This document shows positions 25,121-38,400 of a stretch of 64,000 bases of DNA, in pieces; position 1 is the stretch's first letter; the number at the start of each line of letters is the position of its first letter. A program made the translations under genes and the position numbers. Source of the stretch: Podarcis pityusensis (lineage: Eukaryota); NCBI GenBank assembly GCA_964106645.2, contig OZ067046.1. The stretch is one strand, 5' to 3'. Under the pieces are notes generated by a model that did no database searches, was not told the DNA's origin, and saw nothing but the letters and a program-made list of their open reading frames with translations.

Positions 25121-28100
25121 CTAGTTTAAACACAGAGAAATTGTGCAATATAACTTTCAAAAACATGCTTGAAACTGGCACATTAATCTTCATTAAAAAG
25201 AAACCCTGTACTTGCTTTAAGAAAATGACTAAGGAAGTAGAATTTATTAGCACTTGATTTGATGCACCTTTAATAAGCTGCCTGTCAACAATTTGTTGCA
25301 ATTCTGCTACAACAGCAAATATCAGTGAAGGGAGAAAGACATTCTATTAATCCAGTTTGTTTTCTTTTACAAATGGGAAAAGCTATGTAGGCAAAATACT
25401 TATATTGATAGTATAACCAGATTCAGGCATATGCCTAAAGCTGGAGCAAGTGGAGGCATGTCCACATCCATTGCTGATCAAAGGAAGAGAGACAGAGCAA
25501 TAGGAAGTACTATACATTTCTTCCCTCCCAGGAGAAGAGGGGAAGTGACAACACACAGAGCCCTCTCTACCAATTACATTTTCTATGGTCTGTGGTGTCA
25601 GCCCCTCTTATGTTAACTAGCAAAAATATGCAGTGGTTAGGTTTGGCTGATAATCTCCCACTCAGGAATAGGAACCAATCTGAACAGAAGAATGAAAACC
25701 TTTTAAAATGTAAAACACACTGAAACAGCCTATTACCTGCACAGCTGTTCACACTGCACAGATATTGAAAAGAAACCTTCTGCATGTTAAATTATTTTGT
25801 ATTGCAAATGGGTAAATTATAAGGGTGCCTAGACCAATGCAGAGGACACAGCTGTTTAAACAGAGCAATACTTGCTGTGGCATAAGCAACATACCACAGA
25901 GTACAGAGCCACCTAATTTTAGGAACTGAATCCTAGTGGATAAAGATGTTGGAAAAATCCCAAGAGTACAAACTGTTGTAGTTGGAAAAGAATGTGCACC
26001 TTGTAACAATGAAAAGAGCTGTAAGGAGTTTACAAAGAGAGCTCAATTTGCATGCATTGGTTGAGTGAAGGGAAAGGTGATTGGTTCACCCCTTTTTTGG
26101 GGGGTAAATCTTTCAATTTTGTAAATGTTGCAATAACTGAATGAACTTTCCCACTGTTTTCAACTTCATTTTAAAACATGCACACTCTTTTCAATCTCTT
26201 AAATTCATACATAATATGATGGTTGCAAGAATATATTTTTATTGGTAGGCATTCCAAAACTAGGTTGCTTCTGCATCACCAAAATGAGATCTTTTAGAAT
26301 GCTTTCCAAAGTAAACTCTAAGGTAATAGAAGATGTGACTTTTGTAAGATAGCTCTAGGTCAAAGTATTAAATTTTGCAATGTACATCTAAAGAAACAGA
26401 AGCTATGGCCGAACACTGAGAGACTTTTCCTTCCTGAAAATCATTTCAGTATCATTGCTGTGGTCATCTACCGCTTATCAAGTAAAGCAAACAAAAGCAA
26501 CCTGCCTTATCCTTTGACATAATGTAATTGCTTAGTTAATATTTCACCACTGCTATTTCGTCTTTTCATTTACCACTGAGCTTTTTGACTGGAAACAAAT
26601 CAATAGAATCATATTTCTATCTCACTCTTCAAGAACAATGTCAGGAATTTGATAGCTAAGGTTCTTTGTTGCTATTTTTTCCAACAATTACAACACAGGA
26701 TGAAAAATTAACAAGGAGCTGAAGTGCTTTAAGTCTAGAATGTACGTAAGATCTTTCAAACATACAACATTCTGCTCAAAATATACTTTGATTACTGCAA
26801 AAGCTAGTTATTTTTCATTCACACAAGGACACACTCCAAACAGAAAAACCCAAGGAAACACAGGATGGTTAGCCTAGCAAATGACCCCCTCCCAACTTTT
26901 GGTAATGTCACATTAACCTTGATATTTGGTATAAGGTAGCATTTTTCCAGAGCGTAAAAACATGATTGCAGTCATGCTTCATTTCTAAAGTAAAGTTTCA
27001 CAATGATAGCATACAAGGTTAGTATGTTGAGAAGATAATATGTTGGCAAACTTAATCTACCAGCCTTTACTAATCCCAAAGTGTGTGAAATATTTGTAGC
27101 AACAACCTTGGCTTCAGAAACACTGTCCTCAAATAAACACATTGAAATTCGGAATCAAAATGAGAACAGGAAAGAACAGAAATAATAAAACTATAATTAG
27201 TGGGCCATGAATAACACAGCAGTATTATAACATCAGGAATGTGATTTACAGTGCAATCCTATTCATGTCCATTAATATATAAGTTGTTTAATATAATGTG
27301 GCTTACTCCCAGCTAACTGTGCATAGGACTGTCTTAGTCGTGGTTTGGATGCATTATCTTTGCAATATACAAAAAGAAAAAGTTGACACCATTTCCCCCC
27401 TACAATAAATCACTGGCAATCTACACTGCGAAATGTACGACAACCCTGAAAACAACAAGATCAGCCATGTAATTTATGAATAAAAAGGAAACAAATGTTT
27501 TCATACCACACTTTTGTACAACACCCACACACTAAAACATACATTAAGGTTCTCAACCAGAAGTTGTTCATACCTGTAAACCTTGTCAGTCCAGAATTCT
27601 CTTACCCACAACTCTCTTCATATCTGCTGGTTCAAAGTATGAATGAGTCAAATTCTGTATGTAATTCAAAATATTAAGAGTATATATGCTACTAGGAAAG
27701 GCTTCAGATTTCCCCTCAGCACCTTTTTATAAAACAAATCTGGAGGACAGATTCTATTTGACACTGTAAACCCTATACAGAGATACTTACCCACTACCAA
27801 GAGGCCAGAGTTATGAGCTATACGTCACTCACAATGTGTGCTGCTACAATACCCTCAACTACTCTGGCTCTCACACTAGTTTTTAAAAAGAGGGTAATAT
27901 AGTATCACCCAAAGGAGGCAGATCATTTTTTTTATTTGCCAGAATCAGCATGTTTCAGACCTTCAGAATTTTGTTCTGGCCTCCTAACGTTGGTGTTTTA
28001 ATAAGCAATAGCCACTGGATCCGCAGAGAGAGCAATGCTTTAGAAAACAGACACACATATAAGGCAAAGCAAATACAGCATCCACACACTTCAACGAAGT

Positions 28101-28499
28101 TCCTTTCTCGTTGGCCTTCCTCTCACCATAACGGGTGAACTCTAGACTGTCGTTATAACCTTCACAAGTAAACAAAAGCTTCCCACATATGAATAAGGGC
28201 GCCGGGGGGGGTGTCGTGTTTGATTCAACTGCGAGCTTGTCCCTGAAACGCGCCTTCAATCCCACCCGCCAACAAATAAAATTACAACGGGGTTGGTTAG
28301 GCAGGGATGGACCGTCCGAACCTACGTGCTGGGAAGCGAAATCACGGCATTCAATGGAGCTGGTTCCCGTGTGGAAGATGCATTGGATTGCCGACTAACC
28401 CAGAAACAAAACTTTGCCAAAAAAAGGAGGGTGGAAAGGGGGGGGGTCCTTGGATAACATTTACCCTTCCTCCCGAGAAATGAAGGCACGGAGGAGAAG

Positions 28500-29460
28500 G
28501 TGTGCAGCCCCAACTTGTGCCACAAGACCCCGCGCAGGTGCAGGAGGTCTTCTGGCGCTTCCCAGCAAGCTTGGGCAAGGACGGCCAGGAGCCCACAGGC
28601 TTTTCCGTTACGTCCCACGGCGACGACCTACCCATGTCCCGCCACCCAGGGAGACGCGTCAGGCTGCACGTCCAGCCCGCGCGGAGGCAAAAAATGAATT
28701 CTCCCCACCCGCCACACTGAAGAAGCGGCAGAAGGGAGAGGCGAGCGGGATGTTTCCTTCCTCTTCGTCCTCGTCCTCCAGCCTCTCCCCTTTCCCTGCC
28801 TCTCCTCTCATCCGCCAGCCTTCGGAACTCCGTTTCACCGTCCCGCCACAGTGAATGAGGGAGGGAGGCGGGGAAACGGAGGAGCACTTCGAAGGTCGCC
28901 GCTGTCACTCACTCCCTCTTCCCGCTCTCTCGTCTCCGCGCGAGAAGCGGCAAGAGGTAGGGGGCGGGGTAAGCCGCCTTTACACCAATCAGCGCATCGC
29001 CTCTCACGTGACCAACAAGTGCCTGGCGTTGTGGGAGGCTGGTGATTGTTTTTTTTGTTCGCCGTCAGTCACGTGGCGCGTCACCTCACGGCTTGAACGG
29101 GAAGACGCGGAGTAAAGGAAAGGAGGGCGGCTGTGGGCGTGTGGGGAATGGCGTGATTCCCGTCCCACCCATTCCTTGCTTCCTGGTAGCGTCTCTGCTC
29201 CGTCTTGCCTTCGCTGCTGCTGATGTTCTTCGTAAGCCGACCATGGCCGACGATGCTGTTTGGGAATCTGTGCCTGAAGGGCAGGAGGAGCCTTTGCTGG
29301 ACCCCCGGACCCCCAGTTGGAGGTAGGCGGAGGGGGGCTGCGCTCCTTGACGGGGTCTCGCCTCGGAGTCAGGCCCCTGAAGAAAAGCCGGTGTCGGGTT
29401 GTCAGTCGCTGAGGGAAGGAAGCGCCTGGTGGTCCAGGCGAGGGCGGAAGTGCTGTTTTC
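28500..29460. promoter_or_regulatory. Bidirectional CpG island promoter ABHD18/MFSD8 with CLEAR-type E-boxes
   Basis: TCACGTGAC 29004-29012, GTCACGTGGC 29068-29077, CCAAT 28985-28989, GC boxes; head-to-head genes. Confidence 0.8.
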
Positions 29461-32400
29461 TTGTTGATTGGGGGTTTGTTGTTGTTTAGTCGTTTAGTCG
29501 TGTCCGACTCTTCGTGACCCCATGGACCAGAGCACGCCAGGCACTCCTGTCTTCCACTGCCTCCCGCAGTTTGGTCAAACTCATGCTGGTAGCTTCGAGA
29601 ACACTATCCAACCATCTCGTCCTCTGTCGTCCCCTTCTCCTTGTGCCCTCCATCTTTCCCAACATCAGGGTCCTTTCCAGGGATTCTTCTCTTCTCATGA
29701 GGTGGCCAAAGTATTGGAGCCTCAGCTTCAGGATCTGTCCTTCCAGTGAGCATTCAGGGCTGATTTCCTTCAGAATGGAGAGGTTTGATCTTCTTGCAGT
29801 CCATGGGACTCTCAAGAGTCTCCTCCAGCACCATAATTCAAAAGCATCAATTCTTCGGCGATCAGCCTTCTTTATGGTCCAGCTCTCACTTCCATACATC
29901 ACTACTGGGAAAACCATAGCTTTAACTATATGGACCTTTGTTGTCAAGGGGATGTCTCTGATTGGGGGTTAGTGCTTACGGTATATTCCTATACTGTTCT
30001 AATTAGCGCCAAAAGGTCAGTAGGCTTTGAACTTTAGAATCAAATATTAAGCTTCCAGATAAAAATGCGAAGCGTCACAATGAATATTGGTATTATGGCG
30101 CCTCCTTTTAAAAGGGCTCTTATTATTTATTTTAATCCGGTGGCATTTTTTTAGTTGAGCCTTTGAAAGGCTTTCATTATGCCCATTTCCTGATTTTTTA
30201 AAATTGTTGTATTTAAATACTGAAGTCGTAGAGCAGGGGTTGTCAACCTGGTCCCTACCGCCCACTAGAGTGTTTCAGGATTCTAGGTGGGTGGTAGGGC
30301 ACAAGCTGAATCCTTCCGTCGAGCACTGGTGGGCGGTAAGAAAATGTTACCATCAAGAAAGGTGCATTAGTGGGCGGTAGGTATAAAAAGGTTGACTATC
30401 CCTGTCATAGAGGGACTGCTCTGAGTGCTTATTATTCTTGAACAGATTGCTGTAAGTTAGACAAAAACAAGTGCCGAGAGTTGTTAATCTTTAATTATGT
30501 TTTCATTTGTTACAGATCTGATGGTGTTATGGAAACCCTGCAGCATTACAATAGCCGGTGGAGATCCATTCGGATAATGTATCTCACAATGTTCTTCAGC
30601 AGTGTTGGTTTGTAAAATAACTTTGCAGCACCACTTTGATGTCTATATTGAATGTAAATTAAAATGCTTTATGGAAACTTTTTTAATGGAAATGTATTGT
30701 ACAGTCGTACCTTGGTTCTCGAATGCCTTGGTACTCGGACGTTTTGGCTCCTGAATACCGCAAACCCGGAAGTGAGTGTTCCCTTTTGCGAACATTTTTC
30801 AGAAGCCAAATATCCAACGGAGCTTCCGGTTGAGTGCAGGGAGCTCCTGCAGCCAATCAGAAGCCGTGCCTTGGTTTTCGAACAGTTCCGGGAGTCGGAA
30901 TGAACTCCCGGAACAGATTAAGTTCGACAACCAAGGTACGACTATACATGTTTTGGCCACAGTATGGAGAAAATGCCAAAATTTAGTTGGTTGGTATGCA
31001 ACTAAGTAGTTGCATTAAAATTAATGAATATTTCTATGTTATGTCCATTAATTTCAATAGGTCTACGGAGTAAAAAGCTGAATACCAGCCATTGTAAAGT
31101 ATAGACAGGTTCTCAGTGCACTCTTGTCTAATTTGGAGAAAATGAACTGCTGTTTATCCTGGGTTTTTTTTTTAAAGGTTAATGTTCAAGAAAATCTTCC
31201 TGCAATATTTTGCTTGCAGCTATAATTTGGTTTCCTCCCCTAAGCTGCTATAGTGGGATTCTTATGTGATAAAGCTGTAGGAAGACTCTTAATCCAAATA
31301 TTAGTTTTTCCAAAGTCTAGCTCAACTGGTTTCAGTTCAGCCTGAATAACTGGCCATAAACTCTGATACCTTGTGCCTTAATTAAAGCATGTGACTTGGT
31401 ATGGGGAAGAAAGCTCTGTTGGATCATATATTTAAGGAGTGAGTCATAGATTTCTGATTGTTTAGTTGGACACATGCTACTAAAAAGCCAATAGGAATAA
31501 AACAGAAAAGGTAATATATGCCTCCATAAAATTATAAGGGAACAGGTTGTACTTTGATTTTTCTGTGGACTTTGAACATTTAGGGACACAATCCTTTTAT
31601 TCAGACAGATATATGAAGAATGTTATGTAATGATTTAATAATAGAAGCATAACTTCAGTTATTTACATTGCAGGTTTTTCTATTGTGATTATGTCAATAT
31701 GGCCCTATCTTCAACAGGTAACCATGAGAGTTTGAATTAGTTATCTGTTTTGTACTTGACTATAAATGAGTTTCTTTGTTGTGATATTTGAAGTGGTTGT
31801 CTTAATCTGGGATGATTTATGTCAATTTTGCAAATTCAGGCTGCTGAATCAAAAGAGGTTTAGTTTAAAACCCTATTTTTCAAAATATTACTATTTAACA
31901 TTCATTCACTGTTTTATGGCTCGTCTAAAGTGTGAAGAAAATGTAGTTGAATACTACCCATTGGTTATACCTTAGCATTGTAGCAGTGCTATTGAGAAAG
32001 CAGTTCATAATTATTTTTATAAATTGGGCATTAAGCAGGGTGGTTTTAATAAGCATCTTCCAAACATAGTCCCTTGTTAGTTCTACGGTGGGCTTGCTCA
32101 CATTATTTTCGGTCGCCTTGCAATGCATTATACCTTTCAACTGTCTCTCCCCAAATAATTCTTCAGTTTTAGCTAACGGATAAATTCAGTAGTAGGACAA
32201 TACCTCAAAGTATTTATATTACCTTGGGAAATGTTGTGATGCTGTTTGTAATACTCTTGCTGGGAACTGATGAATGAGATGTGCTTGTTTTTGAAGTTGC
32301 TTTTGTTGTTTCCATAGATAGATAAAACTGCAGATCCAAGTTTTCTGGGCTGGATTATTGCTTCATATAGCATTGGTCAGATGATAGCATCCCCCTTCTT

Positions 32401-35400
32401 TGGCGCATGGTCCAATTACAGGCCAAGAAGAGAGCCTCTTGTAGTTTCAACTACCATTTCAGTGGCTGCTAACTTTCTTTATGCCTATGTCCATTTACCT
32501 ACATCACACAACAAATACTATATGCTGGTTGCTCGAGCTCTGGTGGGATTTGGCGCAGGTAATTGTAGAAACATTTACACTAAAGATTGACAGTTGTTGT
32601 GTACTATTTAAGGCAGCTATGCTGTTAGGTTAATCAGAATCTCATAAGCAGCTATGAAATCTATCTTGCTTCATAGCGCCACTTGCTACATCACCAGCAA
32701 GGTGTAATTCAGAAATTGTGTAAATATATAATTTCCATTGTTGCTTAACTTCAAAATATAGACTCATGGTCTCCCAATTTTACCAGGTGAGTTGCCCATA
32801 GCTCTCTGTGGCCTTGCAATTGAGTCAGTGGTAGCCCAAAGGTGCAATATTTTTAAGTAGCTGACTCACTAGTGACAGAGATCCACTGTGAAATTGGAGG
32901 GTCTGAAAGAGCTGCTATATAAGAGATTTGGCAAGAGTAAAAGCATGGGGAAGTTAGTGCAGTTTCTTCAGGAGCCTTTTACACATTAGGCTTCAAAAAT
33001 GTTATGTAAGAAGCATGAGCTATTAACTCCTGACTGCTAAAGAGTTCCAAGTTACTGAAAAGTTTTAACAGCTGAAATTAGATGGATACAGTTGTGAATA
33101 ATCACTTCAGCGAAAAGGTGTCTCTGTAATCAGATGGCTTTCAATATCTGTGAATCTCTTTAAAATAAGACATGGCGGAAGAGGAATAAATGTAACATTT
33201 CTAGTAATTTAGGTAAACAAAATTAATTCCTAATGTTTTATTTGTGTCAAGTAAACGTACTTCCTTCTGTTCATCTTTCTTTAGGAAATGTAGCAGTAGT
33301 TCGGTCATACATTGCTGGTGCCACCTCTCTTACCGAAAGAACTAGTGCCATGGCAAACACTAGTGCTTGTCAAGCAGTGGGTTTCATATTGGGACCAGGT
33401 ACAACGTAGGTTGTATTTTCATTATTTTCAAATGAAACCTGATGTGTATGTGGAAACTTGGCATTCTGAATCAGAAAGACTTCAAATGTTACGTCAATCA
33501 TTTGCATATGTATGTGTAAATTTAATTTTCCTGCTGTGTTAAAGTAAACTTTAGTTAAAACAGTATTTGGAAGAAAGTTGCAAGCTCAAATTCTAAGGAT
33601 GATACCAAGGGGTATGAAGATGGTTTATCATATGCTTTTAATGTACTGAAGCAGCAGGTTTGGGTAATAGTTCCTAATTTAGGAAAAAATGGGACCATTT
33701 CCACATCAGAAACACTCTTGGGTTCCATGCACCTCAATACCTATGGTGCTTTTCATTTATGGTGACTACCTTGGGGGATAATGTTAGTAGTTCATCATGC
33801 TCTCTAACATCTATCTGGGGTGGGAAATCTATGGCCAAAGCACTGATGTTTCTGTGAGTAACTGGCCCTTCATAGGAAAAGGGTTCCCTATCCCTTGTCT
33901 ACAGCTTAGTAAAAGGTACATTAAGCAGGCAAGTGAATCAGACCCTATTGAGCTTAGGGCTCAATAGGACTTTCTCCCATGTAAGCGTGTAGGATTGCAA
34001 CATAAGGATAATGTGTTCTAGTATAAGAACACAGAATGTTTACGTTTAATAATTATAATTTTCACAAGGATCTTTTATATATATATACATTATAGGCAGC
34101 ATTAAAGTCATCATTTCAATCCATGGAATCCATATAATTTGAAGTGATTTATTTTTGTTTTGTGGAATAAATGCACTGTTCTTATGAAATACTTTGGATT
34201 CCATGTTAAGAGCGAAACATCAATATTTGAACATGCTCTTAATGTTCTGTTTTAACTCTATTCTGTTTTGGATTAGTTTTTCAGACCCTCTTTACGCTTA
34301 TTGGAGAACAAGGAGTCACATGGAGAACCATTCATCTTCAGATAAACATGTACACCACACCAGCACTATTTGGAGCTCTCCTAGGAATCATCAACATTGT
34401 TTTGATATTTGCTATGTTTAGGTAATTAGAAACTGAGACTGTTCTAAGACACCAAGTGTTTATCCTTAATTTCTCTTTTGTGCGGGGTAGGGGTGTCTAT
34501 GCATATGTGATTTTTAAATCTTTGTTCCTCTTTGGGACTTCTAGATTTTATTTTCTTCTTGGATCTAACAAGTGTGCAATCTGGATAAATATATTTTGGC
34601 TCTCTTTTAATTCCTTGATGTACACTATACAGTAGCGGCTTACTTTAGCAATGGCAAGTTCTTCCTGGCCTTTATAGGGAAGAAATCATCTCTGTAACTT
34701 TGTGCAAATAATATGATTCATTTTCCATGCTAGTTTTTACGGACTGCTGCAAAGCTTTCAAACTTTTCTCAAATTATTGTCATTTAGGGATTTATTTTCC
34801 CATTCTGAAAATTAGAAAAACCATCTCCATGATACAGAGTTGAAAGTGGAGGACTTGCCACTAAGAATTTTGAAGTCCTGGAGCAATCAAGTCCAAACCA
34901 TATGCCAAATTCCTTGGAGTAGAAATCGAAGTTTAGTTTGGGGGTAATTTGAACTTCATTTTTTCCAGAATAAATTACTGAGGACTATACTTGTTATCTT
35001 CTAAGAGCATGGCTTCATTTTTCTGAGAAGGTGAAATTGAAATCTTGCTGGTGGAAATGAGGGATCATTTATACTCATTTCATTATCAGGCTAACTGATG
35101 TTTGTCAGGCGTCAGCCTTCCAAAAACTAACAGGACAGTTGCAGATGGATTTACTTTATTGGAACACTTGATTCCAATAGCTAATGCAAATTATTCAGTT
35201 TTATGGCATTCAAAATTACTTCAACATGACCTAGAAAGTTACTGAACTGATGTTGACACAAAGGATTTTGAGGAATTGGGTTAGAAATGATAATAAAATG
35301 AAGTGGTTAAATATTAAAACCCACTGGGAACATAACATGATATTACAAGATTGAGTGTTGAAATGTATTGCTGTAGCTTGCAAAGCTTCCTTAGTGCATT

Positions 35401-38400
35401 AATTATTTTAATGAATAATTATTTTTAGAGAACATCATGTAGATGACATGGGAAGACCACAAAGCAGCATTAACTTTGAAACTGAAGGTAATATTTTTGT
35501 AGAAAACTTGAAATAAAATATTGTAGTACACTTTGAAATATAAATAGAAATGGCTACTGTGAAACTTCACATACAAAGGGCACTATCCAATGAAATAGTT
35601 CTGCTAGTACAAGGATTTGTAACTTCTATTCTTTGCTTAAACTATTATGAGAGACTATAGCTTCCTGTTACATTTCAGCTCTGAAACAATAGCTCAGTCC
35701 TTGGTTTAATATTCTAGATAGTAACCCAAGAGTAAACCCTAGTTTTCCAGATGTAACAGAAGACATTTTCTGTTCTAGTTCGTAAGTGAAAAGGAGGAAA
35801 AGACTGCAGGGGCTTGCCTCATTTTGACTTAATAAACAATGGTTTATTAAACCAAGGTCATTACCTCTGAACTGTGTAACACTGTCCTATTATTACTTTT
35901 TTTTGTTTTGATACAGAAAACGAGCAGAGGAGTCAAGATAGTCAAGCAACCATTGACCATGTGGCTGTTGTATCAACAAACCTTCTTTTCCTTGTTGTCT
36001 TATTTGTTTTTGCAGTCTTTGAAACGTGAGTACACTTGATTCTCCAATATCTGTTTTTGTAGCAGTACAGTAAGACCCAAAGTCATAGCAATAAGAAACC
36101 TAGCTGTATTCCCATAAGCAGTTCATATTGGAAATCTCTCCTAATAACCCCAATATAAGAAGATCAAATTTGATAGTTGAGGATACACAACTGAAATTTC
36201 AGCTGGCACAGCATCTCTTCTCAGCCTTTTGGCTAAGGTCAAGTGTAGCACATTATACAGCACAATAAATATATGTAGCACTTATTATATAAGCAAAAAT
36301 AAATCTGTCCCAGATCCAGCCTCCCATGGAGTTTATAGAAATTTGGAGAGGCAGAGAGAGGTACCACATACCGTATTTTTTGCTCTATAAGATGCACCAG
36401 ACCACAAGACGCACCTAGTTTTTGGAGGAGGAAAACAAGAAAAAAAATATTCCGAATCTCAGAAGCCAGAACAGCAAGAAGGATCGCTACACTGTGAAAG
36501 CAGCAATCCCTCTTGCTGTTCTGGCTTCTGGGATAGCTTCGCAGCCTGCATTCACTTCATAAGACGCACACACATTTCCCCTTACTTTTTAGGAGGGAAA
36601 AAGTGAATCTTATAGAGCAAAAAATACGGTACATGTTCAGGGAGAGGCATTAAAGTTCCTCAAGGAAAAATGTGATATATTATAAACCCATATTCCAGTT
36701 TAATGTGTAGATATTGCTCTAGTTTTAAGGATGTGCTGATATGGGATTTAAAAAACAAGATATTATGATAATACTTCATCTAAGCCAGTACAAATTCCAG
36801 AACATTCACATCCAGTCAATAATTCAGTGGTATATAAAATGAAATTTTAGGTCTCTAAACATTTCAGTATCCAGACAGAAAAACACACATTCTTAGTATT
36901 AGTTGCTCATCCTCTCAGAACTTTCAAAAGGTGGTTGTTTTTTCTCGGCAGGTGTTTCGCACATCTTTAGCAATGTCTCATAAAATGATGGTGATGACCT
37001 ACTTCTTATTCTCCTGCTTTACCACCTTACTGTAGTCAATCTGTTCGTTATCAAATATCTACATTTAATTATTGTAGAGCTGAGAGATCGTTTAAGCCAG
37101 GGATCCACCATCCTTTTTGGACTAGTGGGCACATTTTAAATTTCGAAATGGCGTTTATCATCATTGCAGTGCGGCTCCCTTTTATAAGTGAGGGAAATGG
37201 CGCATGAAACAGAGGAGTACAATAACTTTTATACATCAGTTCAAAGCAAAGCCTTAGCTATTCAGCTTGTTACATTTCACACAGCATAGCAACATACTTG
37301 GCTAAAGGCCTTCAGCTAGTAAACTCTTCATCTTTCCTACCAACAGTTCTCTTTGCTAAGCATTCACTTCTACTAACAGCCCAACTAATAATTTATTTCA
37401 GTTCTTGCTTACATGGCTTCTTTTCACAAAATCCTCCTCTACATACTTTTGGCTTTCTCCATTTTCTAGAATCTTTCTCATAATTCCATAAGGGGCATCA
37501 TACAGCACAGAGTACAGTCAAGTTGAGGCTTTCTCTATAATTGTATTTCTGTACTAGAAAACACTTAACCCATTGAATTTCAGCCTGCCATGCAACTGTT
37601 AAATGTAGGAGAACCCTATTTCCCCCTCAGTGCCAATCCTAGTCCAAAGCCTAGGGTGCCATCCTGTGCCTGCTTACTTAGGAGAAAGCCCCATTAAACA
37701 CAGAGACTTATTTCTGAGTAGATAGGTGTTGCCTTGTACTGTAAGTTAACTATACAGTGAACTATTTTGTAGTAGTATTTGCAGAAAATATATTAAAGGG
37801 GCAACATGAACTGAGGTGACCCACCATAGGAAGATGCATTCTAGTTGCTTGGGGAAGGAAGGCCAAACTATGACAAGTCCAAGGGCTAAAAAAATAAGAC
37901 AGAAGCAGAAACCTGTAACAAAGGAAGGGGAAACCAGCAGCTCTTTAGGACCCCCGAGATTCCTGCTGCCTGGTGTCCAAATAACTCACTTATCAATCAC
38001 CGTAGGCACAATTTGAGAATACTAATTTGTTTTATTTTATTCTCTAGCATAGCCACACCATTGACAATGGATATGTATTCCTGGACCAGGAAAAAAGCAG
38101 TGTTTATCAATGGATTAATCCTTGGTGCAGTTGGCATTGAATCTGTCATTGTGTTTTTAGCAGTTAAAGTACTTTCCAAAAGGTAAGTTACTAAGTATGA
38201 TAGCAACAAATTCTGAAATTAAAAGGTTTGATGAACTCTAGGTTGCAAATGATTGTCCATAAACCTTTCTAAACTAGTTGCTTGTAGCACCAGTAGCACC
38301 CTGATCCCCAGAGTGCACCTACTAACATACCTGTATCGTTAAGAAAAGCAAACAGACTTTACATTTGCATTGTACACAGATTTGGTTTAGTTAGCCTAAG

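Noticed and set aside
28351-28908. ORFs in the ABHD18 5' island
   Set aside because: GC-rich artefacts; the non-coding exon 1 boundary could not be fixed
29514-29972. 152-aa plus-strand ORF
   Set aside because: Antisense frame of the BovB LINE
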